Below, piece after piece: positions 27,721 to 37,680 of a stretch of 64,000 bases of DNA. The DNA lies in IMG/VR virus record IMGVR_UViG_3300009082_000016, positions 32,001 through 96,000 of that record, one strand, 5' to 3'. Source of the DNA: a virus. A model generated the notes under the pieces. The model saw only the letters and a list, made by a program, of their open reading frames with translations, was not told the DNA's origin and did no database searches. How positions within the stretch are numbered: position 1 is the stretch's first letter; every line of letters begins with the position of its first letter. The position numbers and the translations under genes were made by a program.

Positions 27721-30700
27721 GGTACCTCACTCGTCGGTTCCGGTCCAGGGTACCCGGCCGGAGGCGGCTCGATCAACTCATCGACCAGGACACCCGGCGC
27801 TCCACCGGACATGTCCCGGAGGAAGATGTGAACATAGTCGCGCAGGTAGAACACCATGTCATCGAACCCGGCCCAGTTCGACTTCCCGCTGATGGGCTCG
27901 CAACTGATGGTGAACAGGTAGGTGTTGTCCGTCGGGAGCGGGGCGGGCAGCGTGAGGGTGATGTCGGTGGCCGTGACCACCGTGATCGGGTCCGGTGTCG
28001 CACCCACCAAGCAGAACAGGGCGCCCGGGATGATGCCGTACCGCAACGGGTCGACCAGATCCCCGATCGTCCCGTCCGGCTGGACGTGGTGAATCTCGAT
28101 CTTCGCGATGGCCGGAGGTCCAGCATCGACACGCACCGCGGCGTAGTGCTCACGCCCGTCCAGGACCGTATCGAAGTAGTTGTGGACCCCCGTCTCCGGG
28201 GGGAGGGCAGGAGTGAAGAACATCCCCCAAGGCACCATCCGGCCCGACAGCTGGTGGCGATCGAACATCGGGGCGCCCCAACGTGCGCCGGGGTAGGCCA
28301 CGAAGTGCATGATCACCTTGAGCGTCATGTGGTCGTGGATCAGCACGTCGTCCATCAGGTTCTTGAGCAAGGCGAAGAACGGGTAGTTGTAGGTGGTCCG
28401 AAAACCGATCAGCCACTCGTAGGCGGCCCGGACGGCGGCCGAGCTCCCGGACTCGATGATGTCGGCGTCCACGGCGAGCCAGAAGTGGTGGATCTTCTCC
28501 GGCTCGGTGATGATACCCGCGGCGATCAGACCGCGGATGAAGTCCGGGTCCCGGATGTAGTCCTGGTAGATGGCGGCGTTCGACACCGTGTCGAACCAGC
28601 GGACGGTGTCCCCGACCGCGTACTCCTTGCCCGTCGCGGGATTGATGTCGAGCCCGACGCTGAACGGGTAGACGTAGCCGCGGACGATCTCCGGGTGCTT
28701 CAGGTCACGGACAACGAGGTAACCCTTCTCGGCCGAGAGCACACGGGCGTCGATGATGACACCGTCCTCCTCGAAGAACGGGGCGCCGCAGATGATCGAC
28801 ATGCCGCGCTCGATGAAACCGGGCTTGCTGCCGTGGATGTAGCAGTACCACAGACCGAGCAGGGCCCGCTGGTAGCTGAAACCGGTCCGTGTCGGCGAGT
28901 CTTCGAGCTCCAGCCCCAACCCCGTACCGAACCGGGCGGAGAGGTCGGGACGCTGGTCGACGTACACGATCTCCGCCCACATCCGGGCTGCCGGGTAGGG
29001 CTTGTCCGTCACGGCCGGCGCAAACGCGCGAGTCACAGACGGGTAGCCGGCATCCTGCAACTCCGAGTTGAAGTCGAACACCAGCGCCCGCTGGCCCCAC
29101 CGGTCGGAGACGACGTAGTGCTCGTACTCCTTCCACCCCTTCCGGGCCTCGGCGTCCTCTTTCAAGACGGGGACGGACAGGTGGGTGGAGTCAATCGGAA
29201 CGTAGAACAGGCGCAGCACCGACTTGAGCAGCACCGTCCGGTCCTTGCAGAAGAAGTACGGGCTGGTCACGCCGAGCCTATAGAAGCCAGCGCCCATCAC
29301 CGTCTCCGAACCCTCCGTCCGGACGCCCGCCGAATCGGTGACCTCGACGAACACCAGATCGCCCGGAACGACCAGCTCGTCCCGGTAGTCCACCTCGGAC
29401 GACTCGAAGTACGAGGGGACGACAAAGGGGTACGAGTAGCCGATCCCCAGGTCCGGAATCTCTTCTTCCGTCGACACGTACGTGAACGGGTACGACACCC
29501 CGCCGGCGTCCGTCATGTTGGCTGCCGCGATGGTGAAGTTGGTCCCGCCGAGGTTGATGATGTCACCCTTCTTCAAGGTGAGGTCGGCGTCGTAGTTCGT
29601 CTTGTAGAAGTCCATCGGCGTGACCGGGGCCGTGACCAGGTACAACGTGTGCTCGTCGATCCGCAAAGCCTGGCCTTCCAGATGGTTCCTGCGCCCCGGC
29701 CCGAAGATGCCCGCCACCTCGATCACGTAGTTGTCGGAACGGATGGACAGGTGCCGAGTCCCGTTGAACATCTCGACCCGCGCCTTGACACCGGCGATGC
29801 CCGCCGCATCCATGGCAGCGTTGAACGAATCGGGCAGGGTCGTCACGTTCAGCGTGAGCGGCAGGGACATCCCCTCCGGGACGTCGAAGACGGTGATCAG
29901 GATGGAGACGTTGCCGGCTACCGGCAGCTCTTCCGAATAGACCGGGACGAAGCGGCGGTTCAGCAGGGCCGTGTCGGGGTTGGTCTCCTCGAGCAGCGGC
30001 TCGTAGCCGATCCAGCGGCTCATCATCACGTCCTGGCAGTTTCCCAGGGAGTAGGACAGCTGGACGTTCCACGCCTCTTGGATCATGGCGCCAAAGGCAC
30101 GGATGAAGGTGCGCCACGACGTCTCCATCCAGGTCTTGTCCGACACCGTCGTCCAGAAATCGGCGATCGAGCGCCACAGCCACGACGCGTCGACGGGCAG
30201 GCCAGTCGCCGTGTTGGCCGCCAGTACCGAAATGATGCTCACGTCGGCGTCGCTTCGGGTGGGCGGAACGACGGCGGAGTCGTAGACGTACAGTCGGACG
30301 GCGTAGACCCCTTGCACCGCGGGGACGAACGACGGGTAGGGCGACGTCGCATTGATCAGGATGGCCGATCGAATCACCATCGCGTAGTCGAACGACTCGC
30401 CGGCGAACGGCACGGCGTCCTCGACGTCGATGGTGGTCGGGCCGGGGAGACCGACGATCTTCGTCGCTCGTCCCCCGATGAGCAGTACGTCCCCCAGCGA
30501 CGTGGCCGCCGGGTCGTAGTTCATGGTGACCCGGTGCGAGTCGGCCGCGCAGACGGCGTAGGCCACCGTCGTCTCGAGGGCTGCCAGCGGTCGGTCGACT
30601 TCGAGCCGATCAAAGCCTGCGCCGAACGGCGTGCTGGTCACGTAGTACAGGCCGGCGTTCGGGCCGGCGCTGATGATCAGGTGGTCACCTACCACAGGCC

Positions 30701-31022
30701 TCTGGGCCGCCGGCAGGGAGGTGAGGTCGAACGGGAAGCCGCCGACGCTGAAATGGACTTCGGCGCTGCCCGGATCGCAGTTGAGATCGACCGTCGTCCC
30801 ATCCACGCGGATGGTCTCCGGCTCGATGACGAACGGCCCGGGGAAGCCGGCCTGCGGGTAGTGGATCAGGTGCGGATCGCCCTCGGGCACCTGGATCATG
30901 CGCCAGTCGTACTGGATGCTGCCGGACGGGGTTGTGCTACGCGTCCCGTCCAGCCCCAGCACGAACCCGTTGGGGGCGACCCGGTCGGGACCGGCGATGG
31001 CTCGCAGGGCGCCGATGCCCAT
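27717..31022 (-). CDS. Baseplate wedge-type structural protein with PKD-like N-terminus
   Basis: SD AAGGAGG; LDGTRS...YDW and GVYAVRLYVYD PKD-like motifs. Confidence 0.6.
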   Translation of the reverse strand: MGIGALRAIAGPDRVAPNGFVLGLDGTRSTTPSGSIQYDWRMIQVPEGDPHLIHYPQAGFPGPFVIEPETIRVDGTTVDLNCDPGSAEVHFSVGGFPFDLTSLPAAQRPVVGDHLIISAGPNAGLYYVTSTPFGAGFDRLEVDRPLAALETTVAYAVCAADSHRVTMNYDPAATSLGDVLLIGGRATKIVGLPGPTTIDVEDAVPFAGESFDYAMVIRSAILINATSPYPSFVPAVQGVYAVRLYVYDSAVVPPTRSDADVSIISVLAANTATGLPVDASWLWRSIADFWTTVSDKTWMETSWRTFIRAFGAMIQEAWNVQLSYSLGNCQDVMMSRWIGYEPLLEETNPDTALLNRRFVPVYSEELPVAGNVSILITVFDVPEGMSLPLTLNVTTLPDSFNAAMDAAGIAGVKARVEMFNGTRHLSIRSDNYVIEVAGIFGPGRRNHLEGQALRIDEHTLYLVTAPVTPMDFYKTNYDADLTLKKGDIINLGGTNFTIAAANMTDAGGVSYPFTYVSTEEEIPDLGIGYSYPFVVPSYFESSEVDYRDELVVPGDLVFVEVTDSAGVRTEGSETVMGAGFYRLGVTSPYFFCKDRTVLLKSVLRLFYVPIDSTHLSVPVLKEDAEARKGWKEYEHYVVSDRWGQRALVFDFNSELQDAGYPSVTRAFAPAVTDKPYPAARMWAEIVYVDQRPDLSARFGTGLGLELEDSPTRTGFSYQRALLGLWYCYIHGSKPGFIERGMSIICGAPFFEEDGVIIDARVLSAEKGYLVVRDLKHPEIVRGYVYPFSVGLDINPATGKEYAVGDTVRWFDTVSNAAIYQDYIRDPDFIRGLIAAGIITEPEKIHHFWLAVDADIIESGSSAAVRAAYEWLIGFRTTYNYPFFALLKNLMDDVLIHDHMTLKVIMHFVAYPGARWGAPMFDRHQLSGRMVPWGMFFTPALPPETGVHNYFDTVLDGREHYAAVRVDAGPPAIAKIEIHHVQPDGTIGDLVDPLRYGIIPGALFCLVGATPDPITVVTATDITLTLPAPLPTDNTYLFTISCEPISGKSNWAGFDDMVFYLRDYVHIFLRDMSGGAPGVLVDELIEPPPAGYPGPEPTSEVP

Positions 31023-31070
31023 CAGGCAGCCTCCTTGCAACGCCCCGCGGAATGCTGGAGACTGATCGGC

Positions 31071-31355
31071 ATGGGCGTCGAGTTCATGAAGGAAGAGGAC
31101 ATCAAGGCGATCCTGGCGCCGGAAGTGGACATGCTCGTCCCCCGGATGAACATGGGACCGAAGCTCTGCCCCGGCTGCGGCTGCGCCCTCTCCATCCAGG
31201 CGGGCACGAGCAGCATCACCCGACTCGTTTGCCTGGCATGCGACCTCGCGCTCGACCCGGAGACCGGTTTCATCTCCCGCCTCGGGAACGCGGCACGCAC
31301 GGTGGAGCCGGAGTTCCGCATGATCGTCAAGCCTACCCGAGTCTCCGGAGAGTGA
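31071..31355 (+). CDS. Small zinc-ribbon protein on the opposite strand
   Basis: CPGCG...CLAC; fills the gap between two minus-strand baseplate genes. Confidence 0.6.
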   Translation: MGVEFMKEEDIKAILAPEVDMLVPRMNMGPKLCPGCGCALSIQAGTSSITRLVCLACDLALDPETGFISRLGNAARTVEPEFRMIVKPTRVSGE

Positions 31356-34300
31356 GCCGCCCGACCGAGAACGCCGCCAACCGCGACACGCTCACGCGGT
31401 CCTTCGCCACCACCAGGTTGTACGTCCTGTCCTGGCGCAGGAACGCCGCGCCGATCTCGATCGGAAGCTCGACCGACGTCGCCCCGAGTTGCTGCATCCG
31501 ATAGATGATCTCGCTCACGTCGAGCGTGTCCATCTGGGCCTCGATGAGCTTGTCGATCTCCTTCCGCATCTCGGTTTCGGCCAGACCACCGGAGTACTCG
31601 ACGGTGAGGAAGACCTCGCACGGACGCATGCAGCGGGCCAGGATGGACTCGTTGTTCTCCCGCTCATCCTCGCTGTCCGCCAACGTCTGCACCGCCGCCA
31701 CCGTCGGATCGCGATCGTAGTTGAGCCGCAGCCCGGAACCGTAGACGGGCGTCTGATCGACGTAGCCGTCCGACACCGACGGGTCCTGGATGTAGGGCGT
31801 GGCGCTGAAGATGGGGGTCTCGCGCACGCTGAACGACAGGACTTCGTTGACCGGCCGGATGCTGTAGCCCAGCGCCTTCCAACCCGTCAACTCTTCGAAC
31901 GTCACGTCAGGACCGAGGTTCCACTCGTCGCCCGTGCCGAGCGACATGAGCTCCACGTCGGCGTAGTACAGGCCGCTGTCATGGATGCTCTCGGAGATCT
32001 TCTTCGCCGAGAACCGCTGGGCGCCGAGCCGCTGCACCACGAACTGGACGTTCGCCAGGGCGCTGTCCTCGTACGGAGGCGTGATCGTGCTGCCCGTGAC
32101 CCGGATGTAGTTCGGCGTGCTCGGGGAACCCAGGAAGAAGAAGAACGAGCTGTTGTTCTGGCCCAGGTAGGACAGGTTCCCCTGGGTCCCGTACGTCGTG
32201 GGCTCCATGCCGCCGAGGCTCACGATACCGTTGCCCGTGATGGACGTGATCCGCTCTTGCGTCGAGATACCCAGGTACTGCAGCGGCCCATCGTCGATGT
32301 CGACGGCGATGGGGCTCGTCCCGCCAGGGTCCAACACGGCGTTGAAAATCGTCTCGAGCTGGGTCCGAGTATACGGCACCGCTCCCGGCGTGGTGATGCT
32401 GACGGTGAGCGTCGACCCGTTCTCGAAGGCGAAGTTGAACTCGTACGTGCCGGCCGCAGGCGTCCACGCCCCGCCACCACCACCGAAGTCGTGCAGGAAC
32501 CAGATGTCCCGGCAGCCGGCCACAATCCGGTCGAAGAACTCGATGTTGTACTCGGGGTAGAAGTCCGGAAGGGCCAGCCACTGCTCACCAGGGACGAAGG
32601 TCGAATCGAAGTACAGGCCGGTCGGCTTGAGCGTCTCGGGGTAGCCGGGCGTCTTGGTAGTCCAAAGACGAACGTCGGGAGCGAACAGCAGATCGCCGGC
32701 CGCGTACCGAGTCGCCTCGCTGACCTCGAACAGGGTCGGGTCACGGAAGAAGGTACGACCAAGCCCGATCGACGGGCTGCCGATGCGGGCGATGGTGTTC
32801 CGCTGCGGGAGCAGGTCGACCCACGGGAAGAGCTGCAGGTGCAGGTTTCCGAAGCTGGACGTGAGCTCGAGGATCGGCCATGCCTTGCCCGAGTTCGCGC
32901 CGTTCTCGATCTGCACGAGGTCGTTCCAGGGCGAAATCCCGGAGCCCAGAGTCGCGATGTTGACGTCGAAGAACGTGATCGTCCTGGTGGTACGCGTCAC
33001 GTGGGTGCCGCCGGCGTCCAGGAAGAAGGTCGCCGTGCCGAAAGCCTCCAGCTTGCTGCTTTCCTCGGCCCCCTCATCCGAGTCGTGGTTCGCCACGCAC
33101 AGGTAGAGCGGTTCCAGATCGACGATGGTCGCCGGATCGGCGATCGATCCATCCGGCCGCATCGCGTAGAAATACGTGATCGGCAGGTACCTGTTGAGGT
33201 CGCTCAGCAGCTGCACGACATCCACCGCGAGCGCGAGATTGTACGGGCCCCCCGAGTTGAGCGTCTTTTCGACGTGTCCCCACGTCTTGCTGTACAGGCT
33301 CAACTCCAGGCGGTTCGCGCCGCTGGGCGTGAAGGTGTAGACGCCCGTGAACGGGAAGAGACCGACGATGCCGACCACGGCGTTGTAGCCGCGATGCTTG
33401 ATCCCGCTCCCGGCGTTCGAGAACTGGCTGCTCACCGCACCGAGCGGCTGGCCCAACGGGACCACCGAGCTGGTCGTGCCCGCCGTCGAATCGAGCAGGT
33501 TGGCCTCGGTCACGTCCATGAGCGGGAGGGTGACGGGCGTCTGCGGGGAGAAGATCTCGTAGGCCACCGTGCCCGGGGACTTGAGCCGGTCCTGCAACAG
33601 GATGACGGCCTTGCCCGGCCCGCTGGGGTCGGCGGCCACGACGTAGTCGTTCTTGTCCGGACCGCTCAGGATGCGGAGGATGTCGTCCTTCTTGACCCCG
33701 ACCTCTTCCATGTTCCGGCCGATGACCGTCGTGACGGCGTTGGAGCCGGAGACGGTCACGAGGTCAGGGCCGTCCGCCCGCAGCCGCTTCGGGTCGGAGA
33801 GGTCGACGTCCACGTCGTCCACGAGCAGCCACGACTCGCCGGTCGGGTAGGTGCTGCCGGCGTCGGGCAGCGGGTACAAACGGACTTCGGCCCGGTAGTT
33901 CGCCGGGTCGTTGTCGGTCCCCTGGTAGAACCCGTTGCGCCACTCGACGATGCGGTACATCTCGGGCGGGGTGCGCTGGATGACCAGCATGCTCCGTCCG
34001 TCCTCGATGCCGTCAACTGACGGGCGAACGATGCGAGCCGGCGTGGGGACCGGGAGCGGGTCGGGCAGGATGTCCCGCTCGGTCCAAAAAACAGCTTGGG
34101 AACCGGGGCCCCCCGCGGAAGTGAGCGCCACCATCTGGTAGCGCACCCACTGGCCGGCGATCAGGATCTCGAGGATATCCGAATGGGGCGATCCCCCTTC
34201 GGCATCCCGATGGCCGGGGGAAATGCGGATGTTCGACAGGTCCGAGACCTCACGCTGGATCGCGTTCAGTTGCACGCCGCGAGGCCGCAGCAGCGCATCC

Positions 34301-35739
34301 TTCACGATCGTGATCGCGTTCTCCTCGAGGAGGACGGTCTCGGGCGGGTTGATGCGGACCCAACCCGCGGGGTTGGGCCACGTCGCCACGCCACCGGCAA
34401 CGGCCGTGTCACCGGAAGCCAGCTCGTCCTCGTCCGACGCCACCTCGATGTCGGTCGACACCTGTTCCGCGTCGCCAAGGGTGTAGATGTCGGTCATCCC
34501 GCCAACGTGAATCTCGTCATCCTTGATTTCGACTTCGCTCCCGGCCGGGGGTTCGAGCAGGAACCCGCCCGGGACATCGGAAAGCGTGATGCGCCGGCGC
34601 CGGATCTCCCAGACGAGGCCCTGCATCACGTCGGGCAGGACCGACTCGTCGAGCTCCAGCCTGGCCGGAAGCGCCGTTCGAAGGACGCTCTTGATGCGCC
34701 CCTCTCCCATCACCGACGGCGTGGACGTGGTGTGGACGATCAGGTAGTAGTCCTCGGTGAGCACACCACTGCCGATGATGGAAACGTCGGACAGGGCGTC
34801 TCCCTCGAACAGGTTGGACTTGAGGTCCAGCGTGAACGCCGGCAGGGCATACCCCCCGACGCCGAACACCGAGGCCGGTCCGAAGTTCCCGCCGCGGATG
34901 ATGTCCCGCAGCATGTCGGGATCGCCCATCCCGACGACCTCGATACGCTTGATCCCACTCCCGAACTCGTTGGACAGGATGGCCTTGATGCCCCGGGCCA
35001 CGGAGAAGGAGAGCTGCGTGGGGTAGTTGCGGGCCCTCGAGAGGTAGCTGACAACCGTGTCGGCATCTTCGCCGCCCACGAACAGCTGCTTGTTCTCCAC
35101 GCCGATGGAGCGGGTGACAGACGGACAACGAGCCGACGTGCCAGGCGGGATCTTGCCCGCCGACCCCGGCGTCGTGGCGATGGTGTCGACGTCGAAGTAG
35201 TACTTCCCGTCCTCGTAGTTGAGCTGCATCTCCGCCGCCGAAATGCTCTGGGTTTCGGTCGGGACGAAGCGCATGCCGTTGGAGACGATGATGACGCTCT
35301 CCGGGCGGATGATCTCGGAGATGGGGGCCGTGTAGTAGAACCGGAACTTCCCGAAAGCCTTGCTGCCCTCGATGAGCGGGACGAACAGGGCGCCCATCAG
35401 GTCCTGGGCCGACTGCAAGGTGTGGATGCGCGGGTCCGCCTTCTGCCGGCTCCGCAGGAGCATGATCTCGCGGGCAACACCGAAGGCCAACGTCGAGAAC
35501 GGCTTGGCCACGGTGTCATCGATCACCCCGTCCGGGCGTACCCCGAGATCGGGGTGGACGTTTCGAAGGGTGTCCAAGGCGAACGACCGGATGTCCGTCT
35601 TGAAGAGGTCCGCCCCGAAGTACTGCAGGACGGGCTGGATGACCTCCGTGTCGGCCCGGCTCCCCGAAGACACGTCCCGAAGGGGATCCAACGCCGTCAG
35701 GCGCTCCCGGAGAAACTGCTCAAGATCCTTTCGAGGCAT
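31333..35739 (-). CDS. Baseplate J-like wedge protein (1468 aa)
   Basis: KAFGKFRFY, GMRF, ATTPGSAGKIPPG, VENKQLFVGGEDADT...RAR signature. Confidence 0.8.
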   Translation of the reverse strand: MPRKDLEQFLRERLTALDPLRDVSSGSRADTEVIQPVLQYFGADLFKTDIRSFALDTLRNVHPDLGVRPDGVIDDTVAKPFSTLAFGVAREIMLLRSRQKADPRIHTLQSAQDLMGALFVPLIEGSKAFGKFRFYYTAPISEIIRPESVIIVSNGMRFVPTETQSISAAEMQLNYEDGKYYFDVDTIATTPGSAGKIPPGTSARCPSVTRSIGVENKQLFVGGEDADTVVSYLSRARNYPTQLSFSVARGIKAILSNEFGSGIKRIEVVGMGDPDMLRDIIRGGNFGPASVFGVGGYALPAFTLDLKSNLFEGDALSDVSIIGSGVLTEDYYLIVHTTSTPSVMGEGRIKSVLRTALPARLELDESVLPDVMQGLVWEIRRRRITLSDVPGGFLLEPPAGSEVEIKDDEIHVGGMTDIYTLGDAEQVSTDIEVASDEDELASGDTAVAGGVATWPNPAGWVRINPPETVLLEENAITIVKDALLRPRGVQLNAIQREVSDLSNIRISPGHRDAEGGSPHSDILEILIAGQWVRYQMVALTSAGGPGSQAVFWTERDILPDPLPVPTPARIVRPSVDGIEDGRSMLVIQRTPPEMYRIVEWRNGFYQGTDNDPANYRAEVRLYPLPDAGSTYPTGESWLLVDDVDVDLSDPKRLRADGPDLVTVSGSNAVTTVIGRNMEEVGVKKDDILRILSGPDKNDYVVAADPSGPGKAVILLQDRLKSPGTVAYEIFSPQTPVTLPLMDVTEANLLDSTAGTTSSVVPLGQPLGAVSSQFSNAGSGIKHRGYNAVVGIVGLFPFTGVYTFTPSGANRLELSLYSKTWGHVEKTLNSGGPYNLALAVDVVQLLSDLNRYLPITYFYAMRPDGSIADPATIVDLEPLYLCVANHDSDEGAEESSKLEAFGTATFFLDAGGTHVTRTTRTITFFDVNIATLGSGISPWNDLVQIENGANSGKAWPILELTSSFGNLHLQLFPWVDLLPQRNTIARIGSPSIGLGRTFFRDPTLFEVSEATRYAAGDLLFAPDVRLWTTKTPGYPETLKPTGLYFDSTFVPGEQWLALPDFYPEYNIEFFDRIVAGCRDIWFLHDFGGGGGAWTPAAGTYEFNFAFENGSTLTVSITTPGAVPYTRTQLETIFNAVLDPGGTSPIAVDIDDGPLQYLGISTQERITSITGNGIVSLGGMEPTTYGTQGNLSYLGQNNSSFFFFLGSPSTPNYIRVTGSTITPPYEDSALANVQFVVQRLGAQRFSAKKISESIHDSGLYYADVELMSLGTGDEWNLGPDVTFEELTGWKALGYSIRPVNEVLSFSVRETPIFSATPYIQDPSVSDGYVDQTPVYGSGLRLNYDRDPTVAAVQTLADSEDERENNESILARCMRPCEVFLTVEYSGGLAETEMRKEIDKLIEAQMDTLDVSEIIYRMQQLGATSVELPIEIGAAFLRQDRTYNLVVAKDRVSVSRLAAFSVGRLTLRRLG

Positions 35740-35742
35740 TTT

Positions 35743-36387
35743 TCACCCGCTCGGGACCGATGCTACACCGGACGCGGGCGTCCGGGCAATATCGTGTCCC
35801 GGCGGGCAGTAGTCGAGCAGTCCCTTTTCCCACAGCCGGTAGTGGATGGCGTTCACGGCGCGGTTCCGCAGCCGGCGTACCGCCTCGTGGGAGAGGCCCA
35901 GTTTCTGACCGACCTGACGGTAGGATCGACCTTTGAGGACGCTGTGGGCCACGATGATACGCAGCCGCTTGGGCATCTGGTCCAGGACCTCGCGCACCAC
36001 CCGGTCCCGCTCCAGCAGGAGAATCGGGCTGAGCGGCTCGAGCACCAGCGGCGACGGGTCGTACTCGAGGCTGTCGAGCGACACCATCTGCGGCTTGAAC
36101 TGGTGCTCCCCGGTGAGCCCAGTGCGAAGCAGACCGCGGCGGACGTGGAGCCAGATGTAGTAGCGGGCCCAGGTCATGAACATGGTCCTGCGGGACGAGT
36201 CGTAGCGCAAGGCGGCCCAGAAGGCGGCCAGCCGGGCCTGCTGCTCGGCGTCCTCGACCACGGTCCGGAAAGTGGAAGGTCGCAGACGCCGAACGATGAA
36301 CCGGGCGTAGTTCAGAATCTCGCGGTCGTGCTCCACCACCATGGACCACGCCTGTTTCTCGGTACGAAGCAGCTTCGTCTTCGTCAT
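35743..36387 (-). CDS. Second sigma-70 family sigma factor
   Basis: EDAEQQARLAAFWAALRYDSSRRTMFMTWARYYI; region 4 SYRQVGQKLGLSHEAVRRLRNRA. Confidence 0.85.
   Translation of the reverse strand: MTKTKLLRTEKQAWSMVVEHDREILNYARFIVRRLRPSTFRTVVEDAEQQARLAAFWAALRYDSSRRTMFMTWARYYIWLHVRRGLLRTGLTGEHQFKPQMVSLDSLEYDPSPLVLEPLSPILLLERDRVVREVLDQMPKRLRIIVAHSVLKGRSYRQVGQKLGLSHEAVRRLRNRAVNAIHYRLWEKGLLDYCPPGHDIARTPASGVASVPSG
35760..35789 (-). promoter_or_regulatory. Promoter TTGCCC-18-TAGCAT for the baseplate operon
   Basis: Same architecture as the other promoters; 20 nt upstream of the ATG. Confidence 0.5.
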
Positions 36388-36437
36388 GCCCCCGGATCGT
36401 CCTTCCGGGAGAGTTCTGCATGATGTTCTGGAGAAAG

Positions 36438-37088
36438 TCAAGCGGCCGTGTCCAGCGGGCTGACGCCCACCCGCGCCTTGGTCCCCGCCTGGCTCGTGAT
36501 CTCGATGTCGGCCGTGTAGCCGGTGCGGTCGGCGGACATCGAGATCTTCAGCAGCTTGGCGTTGAGCAGCTTTTCGGAGCTGGGGGAGTTGGTGTCAAGC
36601 GCCTGCCGGGCGATCATCTGCTTCGTCGTCTCCCGCACGGCGATCGCCAGCGCGGAGTTGTACGGCCCCTCGGCCGACGACGACCGCTTCACGATGCCCA
36701 GGCCCCCGCCGCCCCACTTCAGGCTGAACGGGTCGGTACCCGGCGTGGAAAGGAAGCACTTCAGCCAGTCCTGGACCAGCTTCTGCAGCCCCCGGGTGGT
36801 GGTGAGGAACTTGGTGAAGCCGAAGTAGCACTCGGCCTCCTTCGCGTCACCCATCTCCCGTCCCAGAACGGCAACGGTGCGGACCATGAACGGGTGCGGC
36901 AGATCGATTGCAACGACGTTGGAGCCGATCGCCGTCCAGGCGTAGCCCTGGTCGCCGTTGATCTCGACGGCAGAGACCTCGGCGGCCGACGGACCCGAGA
37001 TGTAGAAGCGGTGCGGCGGGCCCGGCACGTCGAGCATCTTCGCGATGGGCAGGATCTTGCGAAGGTGAATGACACGCAGGTCCATCAC
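36438..37088 (-). CDS. gp25-like baseplate wedge/sheath initiator protein
   Basis: GLQKLVQDWLKCFLSTPGTDPF..WGGG motif. Confidence 0.65.
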   Translation of the reverse strand: MMDLRVIHLRKILPIAKMLDVPGPPHRFYISGPSAAEVSAVEINGDQGYAWTAIGSNVVAIDLPHPFMVRTVAVLGREMGDAKEAECYFGFTKFLTTTRGLQKLVQDWLKCFLSTPGTDPFSLKWGGGGLGIVKRSSSAEGPYNSALAIAVRETTKQMIARQALDTNSPSSEKLLNAKLLKISMSADRTGYTADIEITSQAGTKARVGVSPLDTAA

Positions 37089-37399
37089 GGCACCTTCTCG
37101 GGAATCAGCTTCTGGGGGGTCACCGGCACCCTTTCGGGCGTCCGCAGGATGGGGGCACTCGGCCCCGCCGAGGCCGCGGGCCGGTTCACCCGGATCCGAG
37201 CCGCCGGCTTGATTTCGATGTCCCAGCCGTGCTTGATGGCCTCCACCTGAAGTTTGACCACGCTCTCCTCCAGCTGGCCCACCCGCACCTGGAGTTCGCC
37301 GTACTCGTGGTAGTCGACGGCCACCTTCGCGATCAGACCGACCAGCGTACCCAGGAGCAGGTACGGCTGGATCTGCTTCACCAGGTTCTTGATCATCAT
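37085..37399 (-). CDS. Membrane-anchored coiled-coil protein
   Basis: Hydrophobic N-terminal segment followed by a coiled coil. Confidence 0.6.
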   Translation of the reverse strand: MMIKNLVKQIQPYLLLGTLVGLIAKVAVDYHEYGELQVRVGQLEESVVKLQVEAIKHGWDIEIKPAARIRVNRPAASAGPSAPILRTPERVPVTPQKLIPEKVP

Positions 37400-37680
37400 G
37401 TCGGGTTCTCCTCCTCGGAGGTCTCGAGCTGCTGGATCACCCGGTCGAACTCCGCCTTCACCGAATCGACCTCCTCGATGCGGGACGGCAGACCCTGCGG
37501 GTGTGGCCCGCGGATCTCGTCGATGCGATCCTGCAGGACCTGCCCAAAGGTCGTCGACGCCAGCGCCCGGACCTGCTCCTGCCCGTGGACAAACGAGTAC
37601 GAATCGGCCAGGGCCTTGAACAGATCGGTGTTGATGGCCTCCTGCCGATCATGCTCGTCACGGAGGGTCTCTTCGGCCAT
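37396..37680 (-). CDS. Hypothetical protein
   Basis: Abuts both neighbouring genes. Confidence 0.7.
   Translation of the reverse strand: MAEETLRDEHDRQEAINTDLFKALADSYSFVHGQEQVRALASTTFGQVLQDRIDEIRGPHPQGLPSRIEEVDSVKAEFDRVIQQLETSEEENPT

Noticed and set aside
20701-31355. Very long plus-strand ORFs (1031, 1122 and 1175 aa), and similar ones at 31489, 37501 and 47591
   Set aside because: These are antisense shadows of high-GC3 minus-strand genes, Arg/Gly/Val-rich with no domains. Only 31071-31355 looks real.
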